DNA of 64,000 nt from a virus (IMGVR_UViG_3300025674_000016:91703-155702), one strand, 5' to 3'. Shown: positions 55,937 to 63,623, numbered from the stretch's first letter. Numbers and translations are program-made. The notes: generated by a model from the sequence alone, not told the origin.

Positions 55937-57015
55937 ATGTTCAGCAAAGGTCAGCTCGTCAAGTATCGTGTAGATAGAAAATGGAGCTTCCCAACATTCC
56001 ATACTAAAAAGAATGAAGCCTGGAAGTTTGAATGCATTGGCGTTCTCTTAGGTGAAAAGCTTCTTACAAACAAAAACCTCAATTCTTATTCAGTCTGCAC
56101 AGTTTACTGGAGCGACATGAAAATAAGAAAACACTTCTTAATTGAACTGGACCCTATCAATGAATAAGCGTGAATTTGAAAAAGGCGACCTTGTAAGGAT
56201 ACCTCGTCATATTGCGCAGAATGTTTACCTCACTCGTGATGAAGACACAAAATATTTCCAATTTGGTGTTGTTATTAGAACTATCCCCTCTCCCGTCTCT
56301 ATGACCGCCGAGGTATTTTGGCCACAATTGAAGAAATCTAGTTTTTACTTCTTTCAGCATCTCGTGAGGATTAAATGAGAAAGCATAAATTTAAAAAAGG
56401 TGATCTTGTAAGAGTCGGCCAGTTGTACGGAGGGGCTATTTTTAAACAACCCCTCGAAAGTGATGTTGGGATCGTGGTTAATACCGCTCCCCATCCACGC
56501 TGGCCACATCTGATATCTGTATACTGGTCTATTTTGCAAAAAGAAGTAGAACTTCAGAGAGTGTATCTGGAGCCCATCAATGAAAAAGCATAGTTTTAAA
56601 GAGGGTGATCTTGTAGGAATCCATCCTTCGCATAGGGATTCTATTTTTATAGGACTCCAAGATGATATTGGGGTTGTAGTTGATTCTGAGCCTTGGGGAG
56701 GGAGAAATCGTACTTTGTTGCGTATACACTGGGTTGTGCGACAAACAGAGACGCTTATGTCTGGCAACTATTTATGCCCTCTTGCAAAGGAAGAAGGTCA
56801 TGCATCTTAAAAAAGGAACCTTAGTAAGAATAAGTGAGTATGGCAAGTCAAGACTGACCAAGTACGGGACTCTAAAAAATGTGTTAGAAAAGCCTGATCA
56901 AATCGGCGTTGTTATGTCCACAAAAAAGAATGGCTTTTGGCATAGAGTCTTTTGGGTAGAAACACAAAAAGAAGAGAACATGTATAACGGATTTATAGAG
57001 AGGGTTGAAACATGA
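55937..57015 (+). CDS. Five tandem small KOW/SH3-like paralogs (55937-56167, 56160-56378, 56375-56593, 56580-56810, 56800-57015)
   Basis: Shared (F/L)xxG(D/Q/T)LV...G(V/I)(V/L)...(V/I).W pattern; overlapping start/stop codons. Confidence 0.7.
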
Positions 57016-57257
57016 AATATATTATATATCAACAAAGGGGTGAAGAAAAGGTTGCCCTAACCTTCCCAGGCACCAAGGTACAAGCAGAAAATACATTTAA
57101 TAGAATGTCAAGACTTGGGATTCAGGACATAATTCTTGAAAAGCAGAATAAAGAAAAAACAAAGAAACAAAAAGAAGTAGAGACTTTAAGAAAGAAAGCA
57201 AAGAGGGACTTCCAACGCTACCTCAACGAAAAAAGTGTGAATAACCTTGACGACTAG
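57012..57257 (+). CDS. Hypothetical basic protein
   Basis: Coupled ORF. Confidence 0.5.
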   Translation: MKYIIYQQRGEEKVALTFPGTKVQAENTFNRMSRLGIQDIILEKQNKEKTKKQKEVETLRKKAKRDFQRYLNEKSVNNLDD

Positions 57258-57268
57258 CCTGTCTAAGG
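57238..57268 (+). promoter_or_regulatory. ECF-like promoter/stem-loop cassette, copy 2
   Basis: TGAATAA-N14-CTGTCTAAGG. Confidence 0.8.
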
Positions 57269-57297
57269 GTTGAACGAGGCAAACAACGGAGGAGACG

Positions 57298-58130
57298 ATG
57301 ACTTTCTATATTATTCAAGATAGAATCAGCGGAGATTATTTAACTGACCCTTCCAAAGGAGAATGGCAGTTCTTTGAATGGGAAGGTTATAATCTTGTGA
57401 CTTGTGAGATTGAAGAATGCTCTGGACTCTTTTTGACAATCGAAGATGCAATTGAGGAGCTTGAAAATCTTCAAGAGCAAAAAGAATTAAGGATAGATTC
57501 CCAGCAAGAAGATCTAAGAGTTCTCAGAATAGAGCCTGAGACAAACTACCGATGGTTTAAGGAGGATATCAATGAAGATTGAAAATGGGGACGAGTTGGA
57601 CTTGGAAGGCAAATATTGCTGGATTACTGTTGACAGTATATCAATCTTGATTTCCAAGAAGGATGAAGGTGTCTCAGTTTCTCTCTACCCGCTTGATGGT
57701 GAGAGTGAAGAAAGTCTGGCAGAGACTTGGCTAACATATGCGGAGGCAGAGTGCAATGAGCGATTATGGCCTGAAGAAGTTTAAAACATTTGCAAAAGCA
57801 AACAGGCTGCGACTTGAGAGGTCTGAGGATGGCTTACCTATTGTCGCTGCCCGTGGCAAAAAGTTCCAGGGTTGGCACCTATATGAAGGTTTTGGGGATG
57901 ATTTCGTCGCTCTGTATATAACCAGGGATACACCCGCGAAACTAAAACACTCAGTTCGTTTTGTTAAAAAACTGGGCCTTACCCTCATACAAGAGGGAGA
58001 TCTGGAGGCGGTGTTCAAAGTTCCATATAATCAACTCTGGAGAGTAGCAAAGGAACTTAAAATGGTCAAGAAGTCGCCATCAAATCAAAACTTGTCTGGC
58101 TTAGCTCAGTACAGGGAAGCCAATATATAG
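57298..58130 (+). CDS. Three small hypothetical genes (57298-57582, 57572-57784, about 57756-58130)
   Basis: SD GGAGG sites; coupled ORFs behind cassette 2. Confidence 0.55.
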
Positions 58131-58133
58131 AGT

Positions 58134-58296
58134 AAAGTTAAGAGGTTGGGTTTATTATTGCGACTCATTGTCTATAATGAGCGTTCCTTCCATATAGGGT
58201 ATCATACTTTATTATTTTACATGATACCTGGAGGGAGATTAAAAGTAGGCTAGCATGGGACTCACTGCGAAAACTAGTCCTACCCAATCTCACTTT
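58134..58296 (+). ncRNA. Candidate structured ncRNA (about 160 nt)
   Basis: ORF-free; closing stem GAGGTTGGGT/ACCCAATCTC plus AAAGT/ACTTT; long apical hairpin; core shared with 63413-63450. Confidence 0.55.
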
Positions 58297-58299
58297 CCC

Positions 58300-58330
58300 T
58301 GAATAAAACCGGAAGCTAGACTGTCTAAGG
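58300..58330 (+). promoter_or_regulatory. ECF-like promoter cassette, copy 3
   Basis: TGAATAAA-N13-CTGTCTAAGG. Confidence 0.8.
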
Positions 58331-58349
58331 AACACAACGGGAGGCTGAC

Positions 58350-58619
58350 ATGACAACAAGACAAGAGGCAAGCAAGATGGCTCACATCCACAACCTGTCG
58401 AGAGATAAAAAAATTAATGGCAAGTCTTTGATCCACGCCCTGAACCAGGCTTTCAAGCGTCACGGTATCATGTGGCAGGAACCCAACAGCGTATTCAAGG
58501 GAGATATTGTTGAAGAACTCTTTTCAAGCATGGACTTTTCTTCAAGAGAAAACCCAACGCTTTCTATCGAAGAGTTTTTCGATATTGTAGCAGAAGACCT
58601 GCAAGACTATGTGGAGTGA
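58350..58619 (+). CDS. Hypothetical protein
   Basis: SD GGAGG behind cassette 3. Confidence 0.55.
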   Translation: MTTRQEASKMAHIHNLSRDKKINGKSLIHALNQAFKRHGIMWQEPNSVFKGDIVEELFSSMDFSSRENPTLSIEEFFDIVAEDLQDYVE

Positions 58620-58623
58620 GAAA

Positions 58624-59283
58624 ATGAAAGTTCTTATTGCTTGTGAGGAAAGCCAAGAAGTCACAAAAGCTTTCCGAAGCTTGGGAATAGAGGCATACTC
58701 ATGTGATGTCCAGCCTTGTTCGGGTGGACACCCTGAGTGGCATATCCAGGGCTGTGCCCTGGAGCAAGCCTATAGTGGCGAGTATAGCCTGATGATTGGG
58801 CACCCGCCTTGTACCTTCCTTTCTAAAGCTGGTGCTCGTTGGATGTTTCCAAAGGGCGAGCTTAGTACAGAGAGGTATGAGAAGGCCAAGAAAGCAAAAG
58901 AATTTTTTATGAAACTGATGGAAGCTCCAATCGACCACATCGCACTAGAGAACCCAGTGCCTCTAAAGGTTGTGGAGTTGCCCCAGTTCACACAGGCAAT
59001 TCAGCCTTACCAGTTCGGGCACCCTTTCTCGAAAAAGACCTTGCTCTGGTTGAAGGGGTTGCCGCCCCTGGAGCCGACCAACATTGTAGAGAGACAAGGA
59101 ACTTATCTTCCTTCTAACACAGGCGGAGCCAAGAGGGGTTTATCAAGCGATCAAGGGGTTAGAAAAGCCCAAGGGTCTAAACTAAAACAACATAGAAGTA
59201 AAACATTTTCTGGTATTGCTGAAGCGATGGCAGATCAGTGGTCGAGATTTTTGCTGAATAAACCAGCAGCCTCAACTGTCTAA
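58624..59283 (+). CDS. Phage DNA cytosine methyltransferase-like protein
   Basis: VLIACEES, HPPCT, LENP, K.T.LWL, RSKTF.GIA.AMA.QW. Confidence 0.8.
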   Translation: MKVLIACEESQEVTKAFRSLGIEAYSCDVQPCSGGHPEWHIQGCALEQAYSGEYSLMIGHPPCTFLSKAGARWMFPKGELSTERYEKAKKAKEFFMKLMEAPIDHIALENPVPLKVVELPQFTQAIQPYQFGHPFSKKTLLWLKGLPPLEPTNIVERQGTYLPSNTGGAKRGLSSDQGVRKAQGSKLKQHRSKTFSGIAEAMADQWSRFLLNKPAASTV

Positions 59284-59285
59284 GG
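59255..59285 (+). promoter_or_regulatory. ECF-like promoter/stem-loop cassette, copy 4
   Basis: TGAATAAA-N13-CTGTCTAAGG; CCTCA/TGAGG stem. Confidence 0.8.
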
Positions 59286-59310
59286 GGTGAGGGCAACAAT
59301 GGAGGGCAAA

Positions 59311-59697
59311 ATGGGAATCGAGGTTACACTAGACATCACAGATAGTTTGCAGGTTCAAGAATTAATGGAGATCTTGGATGAAAAACAACTCCTTAAAAAT
59401 ATTTGTTTCAATCAGATGACCTTTGAAAGATGTTCTTTCTCCAATGCTACTTTTGAAGAGTCGGACTTTGACTGCGCTTCCTTTAAAGGTGCAATTTTTG
59501 AGTTTGCTTATATTGAGGCTCCCGACTTCGGCAACGCCCTATTCAAGGGTGGGGCCTGGGATTCAGCACACTTTATGGATGTTGAGTTTCAAGACTGCCA
59601 TTTCACAGATACCGACCCGCCCAATAAAAAAGTTGTTATTGACTTGACAAGGGCGAAGGATGACGAGACTTACATCGACTTGACAAAAAGTGAATAA
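59311..59697 (+). CDS. Pentapeptide-repeat protein
   Basis: CSFSNATFEESDFDCASFKGAIF repeats. Confidence 0.75.
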   Translation: MGIEVTLDITDSLQVQELMEILDEKQLLKNICFNQMTFERCSFSNATFEESDFDCASFKGAIFEFAYIEAPDFGNALFKGGAWDSAHFMDVEFQDCHFTDTDPPNKKVVIDLTRAKDDETYIDLTKSE

Positions 59698-59721
59698 ACC
59701 AGTTACCTCAACTGTCTAAGG
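59691..59721 (+). promoter_or_regulatory. ECF-like promoter/stem-loop cassette, copy 5
   Basis: TGAATAAA-N13-CTGTCTAAGG; CCTCA/TGAGG stem. Confidence 0.8.
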
Positions 59722-59746
59722 TGTGAGGACAGCAACGGAGGACAAT

Positions 59747-60007
59747 ATGAAGATCGAAGAAGAAAAGACTTGGACAATCACTTTTTCTAAGGCTGATATC
59801 AACGGCGTGTTGGCGTTCTTCATTAAAGAGGGGCTCCTTCGCGGCGCAGACCTCAGTGGAGCCGACCTTCAAGGAGCCAATTTGGAGGACGCCGACCTCA
59901 CTGGCGCCAACTTCTCAAGCGCCAACCTCACTGGCGCGAGCTTGGAGCACGCCAACTTGGAGAACGCAGACTTCACAGGGGCGCTACTCGATGGAAGCAA
60001 GTTTTGA
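59747..60007 (+). CDS. Pentapeptide-repeat protein
   Basis: ADLSG/ANLED repeats. Confidence 0.88.
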   Translation: MKIEEEKTWTITFSKADINGVLAFFIKEGLLRGADLSGADLQGANLEDADLTGANFSSANLTGASLEHANLENADFTGALLDGSKF

Positions 60008-60110
60008 TTGATGATTTATGAGACATGATTCCGAAAATACTCCTTAAAAAATAAACACCATTATTTTTCACCTTCGGAATCACCCTGACCACTTGGGATA
60101 AAGTGGCTTT

Positions 60111-60184
60111 GCACCCATAGCTCAATCGGATAGAGCACCGGCCTTCTAAGCCGTAGGTTCCAGGTTCGAGTCCTGGTGGGTGTG
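60111..60184 (+). tRNA. tRNA-Arg(UCU)
   Basis: Cloverleaf; anticodon loop CT-TCT-AA; T-loop TTCGAGT. Confidence 0.92.
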
Positions 60185-60213
60185 CTGGTTGTGAGACAAC
60201 AACGGAGGATGAG

Positions 60214-60543
60214 ATGAAAGTCGAAGAAAAAAGAATGTGGACAATTACATTTACCACTGACGAAGTGCAGGAGGTTATCAATCTCCTTGTTGAGGAGAAC
60301 CTCTTCAGAGGCGTAGACCTAAGTCGCGCAAATCTCTTTGAGGCAAACCTTCATGGCGCAAACCTCAGTTGCGCAATTCTCAGTTGCGCAAACCTCACTG
60401 GCGCAGGTCTAAGCGCCGCAGACCTCACCAGCGCAGACCTCCGTGAGGCAAACCTCACCAACGCAAAGCTCACAGACGCCGATATAGAAGAATCGGCTCT
60501 GCGACAAGCAAACATTTGTGAATGCGATCCAAGCGATGTCTAG
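60214..60543 (+). CDS. Pentapeptide-repeat protein, paralog of 59747
   Basis: Shared MK.EE...WTITF N-terminus; ANL repeats. Confidence 0.88.
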   Translation: MKVEEKRMWTITFTTDEVQEVINLLVEENLFRGVDLSRANLFEANLHGANLSCAILSCANLTGAGLSAADLTSADLREANLTNAKLTDADIEESALRQANICECDPSDV

Positions 60544-60562
60544 GAACACAATAGGAGACGCC

Positions 60563-61462
60563 ATGAAACTAGGCTATGCCTGCATCAATACAGAGTTGAC
60601 AGAAAGAGGTGTCTCTTCAAACAGAGGCATGATCAAGCGAACCTTTCAGGCCAAGGGCGTTAACTACGCATCAGAGATCGCCCTTGCAAACGTGAGGGCA
60701 CTGAAGGAAATTATTCAGTGGAATGCAGATAACGACATTCATGTATACAGAATGTCAAGCCTTTTGTTTCCTTGGATGTCCGAGTATGAGATTCAAGACC
60801 TCCCAGATATTGATCTCATCAAGACTACCCTGCTGGCCTGCGGCAAACTTGCCAGACAACACGCCCAGCGCCTCAGTTTTCACCCAGGACCGTACAACGT
60901 CCTGTGCAGTCCCAAAGATAATGTCGTAGATAAAACAATAAAAGAACTAAATCAACACAGCGAGATCATGGACTTGATGGGCCTGCCACGCTCGCCATAT
61001 GCCAAGATAAATATTCACTTGGGTGGCGCATACGGCGACCACGCAGGTTCAATGGCGCGGTTCTGCACCAATTTCCAGCGCCTTGACGAAGGCACCAGGG
61101 CTCGCCTCACCGTTGAGAATGACGACAAGCCCTCTATGTATTCCACTAAGATGCTGTATGAAGGTGTCCATAAGGTAATTGGAACACCAATTGTCTTCGA
61201 CTCGCACCATTTCAGTCTCGGCCCACAAGACCAGACATACGAAGAAGCTTTCTATCTTGCTCGCAAGACTTGGGAAGGCACTGGAGTCAAGCAGATTTGC
61301 CATCATTCTAACTCTAGGCGCAAATATGACGACCCAAAGGCCAAGCCTGTCGCACATAGCGACCTTATTCACGAGAGATTCGAGAACTTCGGAGAAGATA
61401 TTGATCTTGTCTTGGAGGCAAAGAAAAAAGAATTAGCGATCAAACACTATCCAAAAAGCTGA
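60563..61462 (+). CDS. uvsE: UV damage endonuclease
   Basis: LGYACIN, R.SS..FP, HPG, IH.GG, ENDD, D.HH, H.S, HSD, EAK.KE. Confidence 0.93.
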   Translation: MKLGYACINTELTERGVSSNRGMIKRTFQAKGVNYASEIALANVRALKEIIQWNADNDIHVYRMSSLLFPWMSEYEIQDLPDIDLIKTTLLACGKLARQHAQRLSFHPGPYNVLCSPKDNVVDKTIKELNQHSEIMDLMGLPRSPYAKINIHLGGAYGDHAGSMARFCTNFQRLDEGTRARLTVENDDKPSMYSTKMLYEGVHKVIGTPIVFDSHHFSLGPQDQTYEEAFYLARKTWEGTGVKQICHHSNSRRKYDDPKAKPVAHSDLIHERFENFGEDIDLVLEAKKKELAIKHYPKS

Positions 61463-61490
61463 ATAAATCGGCAGCCTGCCCTGTCTAAGG
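61460..61490 (+). promoter_or_regulatory. ECF-like promoter/stem-loop cassette, copy 6
   Basis: TGAATAAA-N13-CTGTCTAAGG. Confidence 0.8.
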
Positions 61491-61517
61491 TACGAGGCAG
61501 CAACAACGGAGGAAACA

Positions 61518-61763
61518 ATGCGACTCAAACTTGGTGATCTCGTAGAACTCAACTACGCAGGGAAAGGTACTCAATGGCTTTATCAAGCAAAAGGAAAGAT
61601 TGGGGTTTTAACAGAGATGTGTGACAGGCAGCTTTATAAAGAAGGCGCTGCTTATATTTCTTGGATTGATGTTCCCCCTCCTGAATATTGGGGATACCTC
61701 AATCTCAACAAAGTGGCTATTCCACTCTACTGCCTCAAGAAAGTAAGGAGAAAGAAGAAATGA
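61518..61763 (+). CDS. Small KOW/SH3-like protein
   Basis: LKLGDLVEL...GVL...ISW. Confidence 0.6.
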   Translation: MRLKLGDLVELNYAGKGTQWLYQAKGKIGVLTEMCDRQLYKEGAAYISWIDVPPPEYWGYLNLNKVAIPLYCLKKVRRKKK

Positions 61764-61984
61764 AAGTAAAGAATCTAAAGCCTGGGCAGATGTTTTTGCG
61801 TGGCCAACAACTATTTCTTAAACTAGATATTGAAGATCCCAGGTTTAGAGATTATTTAACCCTAAACTATGAGATGTGCGAGCCCACGTTTGATATCTCA
61901 ACTGGGGTGTTCCACCCCTTCTTTTCAGAAGAAGAAGTAATTCCTGTGTCCACGGGTATTGAGATCACAAGGATGGGAGCATGA
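61760..61984 (+). CDS. Hypothetical protein
   Basis: SD AAGGAG; MKVKNLKPGQMF. Confidence 0.55.
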   Translation: MKVKNLKPGQMFLRGQQLFLKLDIEDPRFRDYLTLNYEMCEPTFDISTGVFHPFFSEEEVIPVSTGIEITRMGA

Positions 61985-61999
61985 TTTTTTGAGAAAGTG

Positions 62000-62030
62000 T
62001 GAATAAACCTCTCGGCTGAACTGTCTAAGA
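62000..62030 (+). promoter_or_regulatory. ECF-like promoter, copy 7 (upstream of tRNAs)
   Basis: TGAATAAA-N13-CTGTCTAAGA. Confidence 0.8.
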
Positions 62031-62036
62031 GGTGAT

Positions 62037-62108
62037 GCTAGCGTAGCTCAACGGTAGAGCAACTGCCTTGTAAGCAGTAGGTTATGGGTTCAAATCCCTT
62101 CGCTAGCT
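62037..62108 (+). tRNA. tRNA-Thr(UGU)
   Basis: GCTAGCG/CGCTAGC acceptor; anticodon loop CT-TGT-AA. Confidence 0.92.
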
Positions 62109-62113
62109 TATCA

Positions 62114-62186
62114 GGGGAATTAGCTCAGTTGGTAGAGCACCGCCTTTGCACGGCGGGTGTCATCGGTTCGAGTCCGATATTCTCCA
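62114..62186 (+). tRNA. tRNA-Ala(UGC)
   Basis: G3:U70 pair; anticodon loop TT-TGC-AC. Confidence 0.93.
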
Positions 62187-62210
62187 TTCTTGGCCAAGAT
62201 TCGTTTTTTG

Positions 62211-62241
62211 TGAATAAACACACCACCTCACCTGTCTAAGG
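62211..62241 (+). promoter_or_regulatory. ECF-like promoter/stem-loop cassette, copy 8
   Basis: TGAATAAA-N13-CTGTCTAAGG; CCTCAC/GTGAGG stem. Confidence 0.8.
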
Positions 62242-62271
62242 AGTGAGGGCAACACAACAGAGGAGTTAGAA

Positions 62272-62508
62272 ATGTCTGAAAAAACTCTTAACCTTATTCG
62301 TGAAAACCAAGTTGTTAACTTTGTTGCAAGCAGGCGAGGACGCAAGGGCGGTAAGATTCAGGCCAATACCTTTGAAGAAGTTGCTGCCCAGGCAGCAGCA
62401 AAAGGCTGGACTGGAGATCTCGTGGTATCAAAGATTTTTGTTTCTAATACAAAGTCCACGCCCACGATTTCCAGTGAAGAATCTGGGGTCGCAGTTGCAG
62501 AAATGTGA
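62272..62508 (+). CDS. Hypothetical protein
   Basis: SD GAGGAG behind cassette 8. Confidence 0.55.
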   Translation: MSEKTLNLIRENQVVNFVASRRGRKGGKIQANTFEEVAAQAAAKGWTGDLVVSKIFVSNTKSTPTISSEESGVAVAEM

Positions 62509-62535
62509 ATAAGCACACTTCCACCCCCGTTAGGG
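62506..62535 (+). promoter_or_regulatory. Degenerate cassette, copy 9
   Basis: TGAATAA-N14-CCGTTAGGG. Confidence 0.45.
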
Positions 62536-62559
62536 CGTGAAACAACAAAGGAAGATAAC

Positions 62560-62823
62560 ATGAAACAAAAGCTTTATCTAGTTACTGCTAGTTGTTGGGG
62601 CCACCCGTTCCCTGGGGACGGGGACTGGATTGAGTGTTTTGAGACTCGTGAAGAGGCTCAAGACTTCATTGACAGGGCGAAAACCGATGCAGAGGAGTCC
62701 AATGAGTATAATTGGGCCAAATACTATTTCAAAGATTTTGGCCACCCGAAGGATGTGGCGTACATCATAGACCTTAAACAATGGATTGAAGGAATAAACC
62801 CCCAGCCTCAATCGTTATATTAG
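62560..62823 (+). CDS. Hypothetical protein
   Basis: ORF behind cassette 9. Confidence 0.55.
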   Translation: MKQKLYLVTASCWGHPFPGDGDWIECFETREEAQDFIDRAKTDAEESNEYNWAKYYFKDFGHPKDVAYIIDLKQWIEGINPQPQSLY

Positions 62824-62855
62824 CGAACGAGGGGCTGGCAAGCAAAAGAAAATGG

Positions 62856-62886
62856 TGAATAAAACACCAGCCTCTCCTGTCTAAGG
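62856..62886 (+). promoter_or_regulatory. ECF-like promoter/stem-loop cassette, copy 10
   Basis: TGAATAAA-N13-CTGTCTAAGG; CCAGCCTC/GAGGCTGG stem. Confidence 0.8.
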
Positions 62887-62901
62887 GATGAGGCTGGCAG
62901 A

Positions 62902-62985
62902 GCATCAGTGGCGGAAACGGTAGACGCGCTGGGTTTAGGTTCCAGTGCCCATTTGGGCATGGGGGTTCGAGTCCCCCCTGATGCA
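62902..62985 (+). tRNA. tRNA-Leu(UAG)
   Basis: Long variable arm; anticodon loop TT-TAG-GT. Confidence 0.92.
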
Positions 62986-62986
62986 T

Positions 62987-63230
62987 GACGCGCCCCCTGA
63001 CAAGGGCTAGTAGGGGTGGTCCCTCTATGATTGAACTGGACTAGTCATCCAGAATAAAAACTCCTCCTCGGATGAGGCGGGTCGTCAACAGCCCGTTAGT
63101 AACGACAAGCGAAGGTAGTAAGAGAGGTTGGGGGTAGGCCCCTGGCCGACAACGGGAAACCCGAAAGGGAGTCTCCTTCGCCAAAACACTTAAATATAAG
63201 TGTGCCGTGCAGCGTTACTGTTGACCGTTC
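62987..63230 (+). ncRNA. Candidate multi-stem pseudoknotted ncRNA (about 240 nt)
   Basis: ORF-free and GC-rich; GNRA-type hairpins; long-range GTCAACA/TGTTGAC and GTAACG/CGTTAC pairings. Confidence 0.6.
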
Positions 63231-63304
63231 GCATCCATAGCTCAGTTGGTCAGAGCCACCCGCTCATAACGGGTTGGTCCTCGGTTCGAGTCCGAGAGGG
63301 TCCA
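63231..63304 (+). tRNA. tRNA(CAU), Ile2/Met type, with a mismatched acceptor stem
   Basis: D, anticodon (CT-CAT-AA) and T arms are intact; acceptor GCATCCA/AGGGTCC has C:C and A:A mismatches. Confidence 0.7.
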
Positions 63305-63324
63305 TAGACTTTAAATAATAGTAT

Positions 63325-63408
63325 GCCGTGGTGGTGGAATCGGTAGACACAGGAGACTTAAAATCTCCCGTCCGTATGGACGTGCGGGTTCGACTCCCGC
63401 TCGCGGTA
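63325..63408 (+). tRNA. tRNA-Leu(UAA)
   Basis: Long variable arm; anticodon loop CT-TAA-AA. Confidence 0.92.
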
Positions 63409-63412
63409 TTAT

Positions 63413-63510
63413 CTCATTGCCTATAATGAGCTTTAATGAAAGTAGGCTAGTACCAGTCTTGTATTAAAAGAGGCGACGGCCCATTCAAGGCCCACCCGTG
63501 CTCATAGACT
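63413..63510 (+). ncRNA. Candidate pseudoknot RNA, short version of the 58.2 kb element
   Basis: CTCATTGCCTATAATGAGC...AAAGTAGGCTAG shared with 58164-58253. Confidence 0.5.
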
Positions 63511-63512
63511 TT

Positions 63513-63587
63513 CTGCTTGTAGCTCAACCAGGTTAGAGCACTGGCCTTATAAGCCAGAGGTTGTGGGTTCGATCCCCACCAGGCAGA
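63513..63587 (+). tRNA. tRNA-Ile(UAU)
   Basis: CTGCTTG/CAGGCAG acceptor; anticodon loop CT-TAT-AA. Confidence 0.88.
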
Positions 63588-63592
63588 TTTCT

Positions 63593-63623
63593 TGAATAAA
63601 CCAACGACTTGTGCTGTCCAAGG
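63593..63623 (+). promoter_or_regulatory. ECF-like promoter/stem-loop cassette, copy 11
   Basis: TGAATAAA-N13-CTGTCCAAGG; CTTGTGC/GTACGAG stem. Confidence 0.75.

Noticed and set aside
58164-58182. TATAAT at 58173 and 63422 as plain sigma70 promoters
   Set aside because: Neither has a convincing -35 box, and the conserved downstream complement is better explained by RNA pairing; a promoter role is not fully excluded
60519-60545. TGAATGCG...ATGTCTAGG before uvsE as another ECF cassette
   Set aside because: Spacing is 4 nt shorter and the -35 box is degenerate; at most a relic
62986-63512. Theta (HDV-like) ribozymes, tmRNA or RNase P RNA in the tRNA spacers
   Set aside because: I could not build the HDV nested double pseudoknot starting at a tRNA 3' end, and found no tmRNA termini or tag ORF and no RNase P GAGGAAAGUCC motif
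63303-63512. CATAGACTTT repeated 200 nt apart
   Set aside because: Only 10 nt, in different contexts; could be chance
55887-63623. Repeated TGAATAA...CTGTCTAAGG elements as a CRISPR array or integron attC sites
   Set aside because: Spacing is irregular and gene-sized, the repeats are bipartite with a variable middle, there are no attC core boxes, and no cas or integrase gene is in the window
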